Below, piece after piece: positions 1-8,487 of a DNA stretch of 64,000 nt. The notes below the pieces were generated by a model. The model had not been told where the DNA came from. It did not search any database and saw only the letters and a program-made list of their open reading frames with translations. The translations under genes were made by a program, and so were the position numbers. The stretch lies in NCBI GenBank assembly GCA_045863855.1, contig BTVV01000007.1, positions 32,001 to 96,000 of the forward strand, read 5' to 3'. The DNA comes from Planctomycetota bacterium (lineage in GTDB: Bacteria; Planctomycetota; SZUA-567; H5-PLA8). Position 1 is the stretch's first letter; the number at the start of each line of letters is the position of its first letter.

Positions 1-270
1 GCCCTCGCGATCCGTGACCGCGATAATGCCGGACTCGGCGATACGCGGGTTGGTCAACAACGCCACGGCACGCGCGAGGATCAAATCGACATCGGTTGAG
101 AGCAGCGCCGGATCAGGCTGAGGCGCCAAGCCTCCATTGGCAATGTCATTGACGATCGTTACAGGTGGGGTCTGAGCGAAAACGGATGTGGCAATCCCTA
201 ATGCAGCCCAAACGGCAACTGTGAACCCCACGCGCTTATAAGAGGTAGCGCGTCCCGGCTTGAAGGACAT
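1..270 (-). CDS. Secreted GlcG/HbpS-like heme-binding protein (partial, runs off window)
   Basis: Not in ORF track. ATG at 270 with AAGGAG RBS; open to window edge: MSFKPGRATSYKRVGFTVAVWAALGIATSVFAQ...LLSTDVDLILARAVALL...GIIAVTDREG. Signal peptide, then a helix plus IAVxDRxG motif typical of GlcG/HbpS. Confidence 0.6.
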   Translation of the reverse strand, partial: MSFKPGRATSYKRVGFTVAVWAALGIATSVFAQTPPVTIVNDIANGGLAPQPDPALLSTDVDLILARAVALLTNPRIAESGIIAVTDREG

Positions 271-502
271 GGTAAAACTCCTTGTATCCCGCAGTGGGAA
301 TGGCCCCGCGCAAACAGCTTCAAAGTTGATGACTGGACCATAGCACAAGCGCATGTGCAGGCAACCCAAAAACGCTATTTTCCGTTGCCCTCGTGCTTGA
401 ACTATGGTAAACGAATGCCTCGTTACCAGACTGTGAACTTTTGCGCCTGAAATATGGCCTTCGGGCTGGACCCACTAGCCTTGGGGGGCGGTTCGTAAAC
501 TC

Positions 503-2566
503 ATGTACCTTGCACGTGTGAAAAACCCACTCGGACTCATCATAACCTCTTGGGTACTGCTGCTGGCGACGGTCGCTGGCTTCGGTACTCAGCGGTGCTG
601 CGCCGGCGAAGCCGAAGCGAAGCCCGAAACGGAAGAAGAGCGCTACAAGCGCTTTCGCGAAGGCGAAAAGCCTGCGGAAGGGCAGGCGCCCAAGCCGGCC
701 GAAGGGACTCCTGCGGCCCCCGCGACTCCTGCGGCCCCCGCGACTCCTGCGGCCGAAGCGAAGCCCGCCGAAGGCACGGCGACTCCCGCGGCTGAGGCCA
801 AGCCCACCGAGACGGCTGCGGCCGCCGAAGGCGAGCAACCCTCTAAGGGAGCAGCCAAGCGCGAGGACCCGGACGAGCCGGAACTCGTGGACCTCTACCA
901 CGACGCCGAGAAGAAGGACGAACCGACCAACGGACGCTTAGGCGGAGAATTGGGCCGCGCGGCGTGGAAAAAGAATAAAGTTCCGCGTTGGGCGATCGAC
1001 CAGGAGCCGCTGCTGCCGGTGGGCAACCGCTGGGGCATCGGCTTCCCGCACAGCCCCCGCCACGTCACCAATAACGCTTGGCACAATCCTTACCGCCAAA
1101 ACGTGCTGAAGGGCGACTACCCGATCCTGGGCCAAGACAAGTTCCTGGTCATCAACGCCGGCTCGGACACCACGGCCGAATTCCGCGAGATTCCGACGCC
1201 CTCGGGCAACGCGCCCTTCCGTCCGGGCAGCTTCGATTTCTTCGGTTCGCCGGAGGCCACCTTCGTCCAGCAGAACTTCTTCCTTTCGATCGAGTTCTTC
1301 GGCGGGGAGACGTCCTTCAAGCCGCGCGCGTGGGAAGCCCGCGTGACGCCGGTCTTTAACGTCAACTACATCAATACCGACGAACGCTTGGCGGTGAACA
1401 TCGATACCCGCGAAGGCCGCGACCGCCTGGACCACCAGATCGCGTTCCAGGAACTGTTCGGCGAGTACCATTTCGTGGACATCAGCCCGAATTACGACTT
1501 CATCGCCGGCCGCGCGGGCATTCAGTTCTACAACCACGACTTCCGCGGCTTCCTCTTTGCCGACAACCAGCTCGGCGCGCGCCTCTTCGGCACTTACGAG
1601 AGCAACCGGCTGCAGTACAACTTCACCTACTGGGAAATGCTGAATAAAGACACGAACTCGGGTCTCAACACGCTCTTCCAGATGAAGGACGAGCATGTGT
1701 TCCTGGCGAATCTGATCCGGCAGGACACGTTCGTGAAGGGCTACAACATCATCGGACAGTTGGGTTTGAGCATCGAAGAAGCGAGCGTAGAGTTTAACCA
1801 GAACGGCGTGCCGGTTCGCCCGACTCCGATCGGAAGCGGACAGCCGCACTCCAATAAGGTGGGCTACGTTGGCTTCGGAGGCAACGGCCACGTTGGGCGC
1901 TTCAACCTTTCGCATCAGTATTATCTGGCCTACGGCGAGGACACGCTGAATCCGATCGCCGGCAAGCAGACGGACATCCTGGCTCATATGTTCGCGGCCG
2001 AACTGTCCTACGACTGGGACTGGATGCGCTTCCGCACGAGCTACTTCTACTCCAGCGGGGACGAAGATCCGGAAGACGACAAAGCCGAAGGTTTCGATTC
2101 GATTTTCGATAACCCCGAGTTCGCGGGCGGGCAGTTCAGCTACTGGGTGCGCCAAGGCTTCGGCGCGGGCAACACCTTCACGCTGCTGAAGAGCCGCAAC
2201 TCGTTGATTCCGAACCTGAGCGCCGGAAAAGAAGAAGGCCAGGCCAATTTCGTCAACCCCGGTATTCACCTGTTCAACATCGGCTACGACGCCGAACTGA
2301 CGCCCAGCTTGCGCGCGGTGGCGAACATCAACTACCTGAAGTTCGCGGACACCACCTCGCTGGAATTCCTGCTGGGCCAGGACGCGATCAGCAAGGAGAT
2401 CGGCGTGGACTACAGCTTGGGCTTGATCTACCGCCCGCTGCTGAACCAGCAGATCATCCTGACCGGGGGCGTCGCGGCGCTGCAACCCTTCGACGGATAC
2501 AAGAAGATTTACGAAACCAGCGGCGTTCAGCTCTCGGGGTTCATGAACGTCATCGTCAAGTACTAG
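503..2566 (+). CDS. Outer-membrane beta-barrel protein (alginate-export-like) with Pro/Ala-rich N-terminal linker
   Basis: Signal peptide, amphipathic aromatic-rich beta strands, YSSGDEDPEDDKAEGFDSIF loop, C-terminal aromatic residue (VIVKY). Confidence 0.7.
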   Translation: MYLARVKNPLGLIITSWVLLLATVAGFGTQRCCAGEAEAKPETEEERYKRFREGEKPAEGQAPKPAEGTPAAPATPAAPATPAAEAKPAEGTATPAAEAKPTETAAAAEGEQPSKGAAKREDPDEPELVDLYHDAEKKDEPTNGRLGGELGRAAWKKNKVPRWAIDQEPLLPVGNRWGIGFPHSPRHVTNNAWHNPYRQNVLKGDYPILGQDKFLVINAGSDTTAEFREIPTPSGNAPFRPGSFDFFGSPEATFVQQNFFLSIEFFGGETSFKPRAWEARVTPVFNVNYINTDERLAVNIDTREGRDRLDHQIAFQELFGEYHFVDISPNYDFIAGRAGIQFYNHDFRGFLFADNQLGARLFGTYESNRLQYNFTYWEMLNKDTNSGLNTLFQMKDEHVFLANLIRQDTFVKGYNIIGQLGLSIEEASVEFNQNGVPVRPTPIGSGQPHSNKVGYVGFGGNGHVGRFNLSHQYYLAYGEDTLNPIAGKQTDILAHMFAAELSYDWDWMRFRTSYFYSSGDEDPEDDKAEGFDSIFDNPEFAGGQFSYWVRQGFGAGNTFTLLKSRNSLIPNLSAGKEEGQANFVNPGIHLFNIGYDAELTPSLRAVANINYLKFADTTSLEFLLGQDAISKEIGVDYSLGLIYRPLLNQQIILTGGVAALQPFDGYKKIYETSGVQLSGFMNVIVKY
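706..754 (+). repeat. 18-bp tandem repeat encoding TPAAPA linker
   Basis: GACTCCTGCGGCCCCCGC twice plus a partial third copy. Confidence 0.85.
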
Positions 2567-2613
2567 CCGGATTTTCGATTTAGGCCCTCGCTACGAAACA
2601 CGGAACGAGACTC

Positions 2614-5600
2614 ATGGGACGGATGCGCAAACTTTCCTGGTTGGGCGGCTCGCTGCTTCTGGCGGCGTTGGCCTTGGGCACGGGTTGTGACCACCCGGCC
2701 GACTTGTACTACGATAAGGGTTCGGACTTCCCGCCCGAACCCCGGATGAGTTCGATTCCGGCCACGCAGACCGACGAAGAAGTGATGAAAAAGTCGGCCG
2801 GCTGCATGAGCTGCCACCAAGGCATCGAAAATCCGAGCATGCATGCGTCCGAAGCGGTGAAGATCGGATGCGTGGACTGTCACGGCGGCAATGCGCAGGC
2901 GACGAGCAAAGAAGAAGCCCACGTCCAAGCTCGCGGACCCTGGTATCACATCGGCCACCACGGCCTTGTAGGTCCCAAGCACGACGACCACGGCGCGGCT
3001 CACGACGATCACGCCAAGACGGCCGAAGTACACGGCGATCATGCCAAGTCTGGCGAAGCGCACGGCGAACATGCCAAGACCGAAGACACCCACGGTGCCC
3101 ACGGTGCCCACGGCGGCCACGGTTCGCATGGCGCGCACGGCGGAGCGCATCCCAGCGCTTGGCCGAAGCGCACCGGCGCGGTCTGGATGAAGGAAGATCC
3201 GGCCTTCATTCGATTCATCAATCCCGGTGACCTGCGCGTGGCCAAGTTTACCTGCGGCGAGTGCCATCCGGGTTACTTCGAGCGCGTTAGCACCAGCATG
3301 ATGGCGCACGGCGGCATGCTCTGGAACGCCGCGTTGTACAACAACGGTGCGAGCAACCAGAAGTGGGGCCGCTACGGCGAAGCGTACATGTGGGACGGCA
3401 AGCCGGCCCGCCTTCAGTCGCTCAAGCAGAACAAGGATTCGGGCAAGTGGGAAGTCTTCCGCCCGACCGTCGATGACATCAAGAACCGCGGTATCCTGCC
3501 TTACTTGGATCCGCTGCCTCGCTACAACATCACGCAGTCGGGCAACATTCTGCGCGCGTTCGAGCGCGGCGGCCGCGTGCTGCTCGAAACGGCCCAACCC
3601 ATCGGGCAGATCACTCCGGGTAAGGTCGAGATCGACGAGAGCGGCAAGCCGGAATTGAAGCTCTCGATCCGCGGTTTCGGCACCTTGCTGAGCACCGACC
3701 CGGTCTTCCTGGGCCTGCAGAAGACCCGGTTGCTGGATCCGATCCTGTGGCACCCCGGCTCGAACGATCAAGCCGGCGATTACCGCAGTTCGGGCTGCAG
3801 TTCCTGCCACGTCATGTACGCCAACGACCGCGATCCGACGCACAGCGGTCCGTTCGCCAAATACGGCAAGCACGGCCACTCCTTCAGCAAGGACGCCACG
3901 CTGGCGCATGTTGCGGGCAAGGAAAACGAGAAAGGCGAGGTCGTCGAAAAGGGCAAATCGAGCGGGCACCCGATCAAGCACGTCTTTACGCGCTCGATTC
4001 CATCCAGTCAGTGCGTAGTCTGCCACATGCACCCCGGCACGACGGTGACGGTCACCTACTACGGCAACACTTGGTACGACAACGAAACCGAAGGCAGCAA
4101 GACGTACTTGGACAGCCACCTGCCGAACATGTCGGAACGAGAAGAGCTGAAGATCAAGTACCGCAATCCGGAAGCCGCGGCGCTGCGCGGGCGGTGGGGC
4201 GACGTGGAGTGGATGGAGTCGGTTTGGGAGCGCAACGACCAGTTCAAGCAGATCCAGTTCGCCGACTACCACGGACACGGCTGGCTCTACAAGAACGTTT
4301 ATAAGATGGACCGCAAGGGCAACTTGCTGGACAAGGACGGCAAGCAGGTCGCTCACGATTCCCCCGATAAGTTCAAGAAGGGCGCAAAGGGCGAACCGCT
4401 CGCGGGATCGGCCGTACATATGCAGGACATCCACCTCGAGAAGGGGATGCACTGCATCGACTGTCACTTCAACATCGATAACCACGGCAACGGCTTGCTG
4501 TACTCCGAAGTCCGCAATGCGACGGAAATCACCTGCGCGGACTGCCACGGCACGATCTACAAGCGCGCGACGCTGAAGACGACCGGTAACGCGGCCCCCG
4601 AAGGCGGCACGGACTTGGCGGCGAGCAACACGCCGTTCGGGAAGCGCTTCCGTGTGCTTGGCGGGAAGCTGATGCAGCAGTCGGCCGTCGACGCCAACGT
4701 GAAGTGGGAGGTACCTCAGGTGATCGACACGATCACCCCGGGCAATCCGCACTACAACGAGAAGGCGCGTTTGGCCAAGACGATGCGCAAAGACAACAAG
4801 ACTTGGGGCGATGTGCCGGAGGATGCGAGCGTCCTGGCGCATAAATCCGAGAAGATGGACTGCTACACCTGCCACACGTCGTGGATGGCGTCCTGCTTCG
4901 GCTGTCACTTGCCGATGCGCGCCAACCAAAACCGCGACAACAACCACTACGAAGGCGCGCACAGCCGCAACTGGACCCAGTACAACTGGCAGACGCTGCG
5001 CGGCGATGTCTTCATGCTGGGCCTGGACGGCACGGTTAAGGGCAACAAGGTCGCGCCGGTCCGCTCGGCCTGCGCCGTAATCGTCGGTTCGCAGAACGCC
5101 CAGCGCGAATGGATTTACAGCCAGCAGCAGACGGTCAGCGCCGAGGGCTTCAGCGGCCAGGCGTTCAGCCCGCACTATCCGCACGCGGTGCGCGGGGCCG
5201 GCGAAACCAAGATGTGCGTCGACTGCCACGTCAGCAAGGCCGGCGACAACAATGCCTGGATGTCCCAGGTCCTGATGCTGGGCACGAACACCACCAACTT
5301 CATGTATCGCTACGTCTATGTGGCCTGCGACGACGGCGGCACGCACGCGGTAGTGGTGACGGAGCAGGACGAACCGCAGGCGGTGATCGGCAGCACGCTG
5401 CACCGTGACGCGTTCCGCGAGCGCTACGCCGAGCACCTGGAGCGCGGCATGTCGCTGGAACACGAATACGGCAAGTACGGCACGGTAAAGCAACTTCAAC
5501 TCCGCGGCGAGTACCTCTACGCGGCGCGAGGTAGCGGCGGCGTGACGATCTACGACGTTGCGAACATCGACAACAAGGGCTTCAGCCAGCGCATCAGCAC

Positions 5601-6984
5601 CGCGCCGGTCAGCCCGCTGGGCCAGCGCTTGTACGTGAAGTCGAAGGACTGCACGCAGGTGATCAGTCCGACGGTGCTGGGTGTCGATCCGACGCGCCAA
5701 GTTCCGTTCATGCCCCGCGATCCGTTGAACCAGGAACAGGGCATCCACCCGATTTACGCATTCCTGTACTGCCTGGACCGCGAGGAAGGGCTCTTCACGA
5801 TCAACGCCGCGACGCTGCTGGACGGCGATCCGACGAACAACTTCCTCGAACGCCACCTGACCTTCAATCCCAACGGGGTGCTCACGGGCTCCACGCACGG
5901 GATCGTGGCCGGAACGAATCTGTGGGTCTGCAGCGATGCGGGCCTGGTCTGCGTGGACATCAGCAAGATCGGCACCGAGCTGGTAGAAGCGGCGCTGAAG
6001 ATGAATCCGGACGGCAAGAAGACGCTAGAAATCAAGAAGGTCGTGGAGGAGGCGCGCGCGCCAAATCCGGACGAACTGAAGGTGCTGAGCGTGGTGCCGC
6101 TGAACAAGCCGCGCGCGGTACGCATCCAGTTCCGCTACGCGTTCGTGCTAGACGCCGACGGCCTGAAGGTGATCGACATCACGCACCCCGATAAGCCGCG
6201 GTTGGTCGAGGGCGCGACGGTGCCGTTCCAGAACGCGCACAGCCTGTACCTGGCGCGCACGTACGCCTACGTGGCGGCGGGCGCGGAGGGTCTGGCGATC
6301 GTGGACATCGAGCACGCCGAATCGCCGAAGCTCTTCACCAAGTTCACGGGCGATGGCTGGCTGAACGACGTTCGCGACGTGAAGCTGGGCATGACCAATA
6401 CGTCCTCTTTCGCCTACTTGGCCAACGGCAAGCGCGGGCTGGCGGTGGTGCAGCTCACCTCGCCCGAAACGGTGCCCAACTTCGAAGGCTGGTCGCCGGA
6501 GCCGAAGCCTTTCCTGATCGCCAAGAAGGACCTACCGGGCGTAGCGTTGAACATCAGCGAAGGCCTCCAGCGCGACCGTGCGGTGGACGAGAGCGGCAAC
6601 CAGCTCAGCGTCTTCAACCGCGTCGGCTCGCGACCGTTCAACAAGAAGGAAATGGAAGCGATGTACATGCTTGACGGCCAGCTCTTCTCCGTCACCAACG
6701 AGCCGCCGGGCGAGCCGCTGGAACTGAAGGCCGCGGGTGGCGGTACGGCCGAACTGGAAGCCAAGCTGCAAGAGTTGAAGGGTGAACTGGAGAAGGAAAA
6801 GAATCCGATCAAGAAGCGTAAGATCCAGAAGGACATCGAGGATCTGGAGAAGAAGATCAAGGAAGCCAGCGCTGGCGCCAACGCCGAGAAGATCAAGGAG
6901 TTGGAAGCGGCCTTGGCAAACGAGAAGAACCCGATCAAGAAGCGCAAGATCGAGCAGGATCTGAAGAAGCTGAAGGGCGAGTAA
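2614..6984 (+). CDS. Large lipoprotein multiheme (10 CxxCH) c-type cytochrome with C-terminal LVIVD-like beta-propeller repeats
   Basis: Lipobox-like LALGTG-C25; CMSCH, CVDCH, CGECH, CSSCH, CVVCH, CIDCH, CADCH, CYTCH, CFGCH, CVDCH; repeats GVTIYDV, GLKVIDI, GLAIVDI, GLAVVQL. Confidence 0.9.
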   Translation: MGRMRKLSWLGGSLLLAALALGTGCDHPADLYYDKGSDFPPEPRMSSIPATQTDEEVMKKSAGCMSCHQGIENPSMHASEAVKIGCVDCHGGNAQATSKEEAHVQARGPWYHIGHHGLVGPKHDDHGAAHDDHAKTAEVHGDHAKSGEAHGEHAKTEDTHGAHGAHGGHGSHGAHGGAHPSAWPKRTGAVWMKEDPAFIRFINPGDLRVAKFTCGECHPGYFERVSTSMMAHGGMLWNAALYNNGASNQKWGRYGEAYMWDGKPARLQSLKQNKDSGKWEVFRPTVDDIKNRGILPYLDPLPRYNITQSGNILRAFERGGRVLLETAQPIGQITPGKVEIDESGKPELKLSIRGFGTLLSTDPVFLGLQKTRLLDPILWHPGSNDQAGDYRSSGCSSCHVMYANDRDPTHSGPFAKYGKHGHSFSKDATLAHVAGKENEKGEVVEKGKSSGHPIKHVFTRSIPSSQCVVCHMHPGTTVTVTYYGNTWYDNETEGSKTYLDSHLPNMSEREELKIKYRNPEAAALRGRWGDVEWMESVWERNDQFKQIQFADYHGHGWLYKNVYKMDRKGNLLDKDGKQVAHDSPDKFKKGAKGEPLAGSAVHMQDIHLEKGMHCIDCHFNIDNHGNGLLYSEVRNATEITCADCHGTIYKRATLKTTGNAAPEGGTDLAASNTPFGKRFRVLGGKLMQQSAVDANVKWEVPQVIDTITPGNPHYNEKARLAKTMRKDNKTWGDVPEDASVLAHKSEKMDCYTCHTSWMASCFGCHLPMRANQNRDNNHYEGAHSRNWTQYNWQTLRGDVFMLGLDGTVKGNKVAPVRSACAVIVGSQNAQREWIYSQQQTVSAEGFSGQAFSPHYPHAVRGAGETKMCVDCHVSKAGDNNAWMSQVLMLGTNTTNFMYRYVYVACDDGGTHAVVVTEQDEPQAVIGSTLHRDAFRERYAEHLERGMSLEHEYGKYGTVKQLQLRGEYLYAARGSGGVTIYDVANIDNKGFSQRISTAPVSPLGQRLYVKSKDCTQVISPTVLGVDPTRQVPFMPRDPLNQEQGIHPIYAFLYCLDREEGLFTINAATLLDGDPTNNFLERHLTFNPNGVLTGSTHGIVAGTNLWVCSDAGLVCVDISKIGTELVEAALKMNPDGKKTLEIKKVVEEARAPNPDELKVLSVVPLNKPRAVRIQFRYAFVLDADGLKVIDITHPDKPRLVEGATVPFQNAHSLYLARTYAYVAAGAEGLAIVDIEHAESPKLFTKFTGDGWLNDVRDVKLGMTNTSSFAYLANGKRGLAVVQLTSPETVPNFEGWSPEPKPFLIAKKDLPGVALNISEGLQRDRAVDESGNQLSVFNRVGSRPFNKKEMEAMYMLDGQLFSVTNEPPGEPLELKAAGGGTAELEAKLQELKGELEKEKNPIKKRKIQKDIEDLEKKIKEASAGANAEKIKELEAALANEKNPIKKRKIEQDLKKLKGE

Positions 6985-7010
6985 TCGATCCGGGCTTTAA
7001 AGACCTGTAA

Positions 7011-7040
7011 AGAAGCCGGCCTTCGGGCCGGCTTTTTTAT
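7011..7040 (+). terminator. Rho-independent terminator of the barrel-cytochrome operon
   Basis: AAGCCGGCC-TTCG-GGCCGGCTT hairpin followed by T-rich tract. Confidence 0.9.
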
Positions 7041-7057
7041 TGGGTTCAAGCGGGGCA

Positions 7058-7086
7058 TTGACAGACCGGCTTGGCGGTGGTAAGTA
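7058..7086 (+). promoter_or_regulatory. sigma70-type promoter for leader and DAHP synthase
   Basis: Perfect TTGACA (7058-7063), 17-nt spacer, imperfect -10 TAAGTA preceded by TGG. Confidence 0.55.
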
Positions 7087-7107
7087 TCTTTGTGTGAGGG
7101 ACTTAGC

Positions 7108-7185
7108 GTGAACGTGCAGTTGGGCTTCTATTTTGGGTATTCCTACTTTGGCTGGCGACAGCCAGGGCGGAGGGGTGCTGCGTAG
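7108..7185 (+). CDS. Aromatic amino acid attenuator leader peptide (25 aa)
   Basis: GTG start after GAGGG; MNVQLGFYFGYSYFGWRQPGRRGAA*; 7 aromatic codons within 10 residues; precedes a terminator and DAHP synthase. Confidence 0.85.
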   Translation: MNVQLGFYFGYSYFGWRQPGRRGAA

Positions 7186-7209
7186 AAGCCGGAACGAGAA
7201 CAGAACCCC

Positions 7210-7240
7210 AAAGCCCTGAGCGATCCTCAGGGCTTTTTTT
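7210..7240 (+). terminator. Attenuator terminator hairpin
   Basis: AAAGCCCTGAG-CGATC-CTCAGGGCTTT plus T run, between leader and DAHP synthase start. Confidence 0.9.
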
Positions 7241-7298
7241 GTGCCCGCGGGATAGGAATGCTAGGCGGCCGCGGCGGGATCAACCTGGGAGTGTGCAG

Positions 7299-8375
7299 AT
7301 GCAAGGCGAACGGCTGGAAAACGTGCGTATCGCGGAGATGCGTCCGCTGGAGTCCCCGGCTCAAGTGAAGTCCAAGTTTCCGCTCAACGAGCAGGCGGCG
7401 GAGACGGTGCGCACCACGCGGCGTGAGCTGCGCGACATCATCCACGGCCGGGATACGCGGCGGCTGGCGGCCATTGTGGGTCCGTGCTCGATCCACGATC
7501 CGGAAGCTGCGATCGACTACGCCACGCGCCTCAAGCAGGTGGCCCACGAGATTCGGGGCGAGGTGGTCGTGCTGATGCGGACGTATTTCGAGAAGCCGCG
7601 CACTACGGTGGGCTGGAAGGGGCTGATCAACGATCCGCACCTGGACGGTTCGTGCGATATTGCCATCGGCCTGGAGGTGGCGCGAAGTTTGTTGGTCAAA
7701 ATCAACGCGCTGGGCATGGCCTGCGCGACGGAATTCCTGGAGCCGATCACTCCGCAGTACATCGCGGACCTTGTAAGCTGGGCGGCGATCGGGGCGCGCA
7801 CGACCGAAAGCCAGACGCACCGGCAGATGGCCAGCGGGCTTTCGATGCCCGTGGGCTTCAAGAACGGGATCGACGGGACGCTCCAGGCGGCCGTTAACGC
7901 ACTGGTTTCGGCCCGGCAGGCGCACAGTTTTCTGGGCATCAACAACGTCGGCGTCACGGCCATCGTAAAGACGACGGGGAATCCCGACTGCCACGTAGTG
8001 CTGCGGGGCGGGGAAGGGCGGACGAACTACGGCACGGAAGACGTGAAGCGCGCCGCGACGCTGGCGACCGAAGGCGGAGTAGCTCGCCCGGTGCTGGTGG
8101 ACTGTTCGCACGGTAACAGTTCCAAGGATCCGGCGAAGCAAGCGATCGCTTGGCGCGATGTCTGCGCGCAGTACCGTGCCGGCGAAGGGCGGCTGATGGG
8201 TATTTCTCTCGAGAGCAACCTGAAGCCCGGCAAGCAGACTTGGAAGGAAGGCGCGAAACTGGCCTACGGCGTCTCGATCACGGACGGCTGCATCGGTTTC
8301 GAGGAGACCGAGACGCTGCTGCGCGAGATGGCCGCCGCGGTGCGAGAGGCCGCGCCGCCGGTGAAGAGCGCTTAA
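7299..8375 (+). CDS. aroG: 3-deoxy-7-phosphoheptulonate (DAHP) synthase, class I-alpha (AroF/G/H family)
   Basis: GPCSIHD, MRTYFEKPRTTVGWKGLINDP, IGARTTESQTHR, DCSHGNS, YGVSITDGC; start moved to ATG 7299; isozyme type not determinable. Confidence 0.95.
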   Translation: MQGERLENVRIAEMRPLESPAQVKSKFPLNEQAAETVRTTRRELRDIIHGRDTRRLAAIVGPCSIHDPEAAIDYATRLKQVAHEIRGEVVVLMRTYFEKPRTTVGWKGLINDPHLDGSCDIAIGLEVARSLLVKINALGMACATEFLEPITPQYIADLVSWAAIGARTTESQTHRQMASGLSMPVGFKNGIDGTLQAAVNALVSARQAHSFLGINNVGVTAIVKTTGNPDCHVVLRGGEGRTNYGTEDVKRAATLATEGGVARPVLVDCSHGNSSKDPAKQAIAWRDVCAQYRAGEGRLMGISLESNLKPGKQTWKEGAKLAYGVSITDGCIGFEETETLLREMAAAVREAAPPVKSA

Positions 8376-8487
8376 AACCTTCAACTTCAAACGCGTTACG
8401 CTTCGTGCCTGGCAAGGCAATAGTGGGGCGGCAGGATAAAGAGCCCTTCTTCCCCATCTGCCTTGGCCCTTCTTGGCCACTCGGCGA

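Noticed and set aside
938..5898. Long minus-strand ORFs 938-2485 and 2563-5898
   Set aside because: Antisense shadows of strongly codon-biased genes in GC-rich DNA; no recognisable motifs
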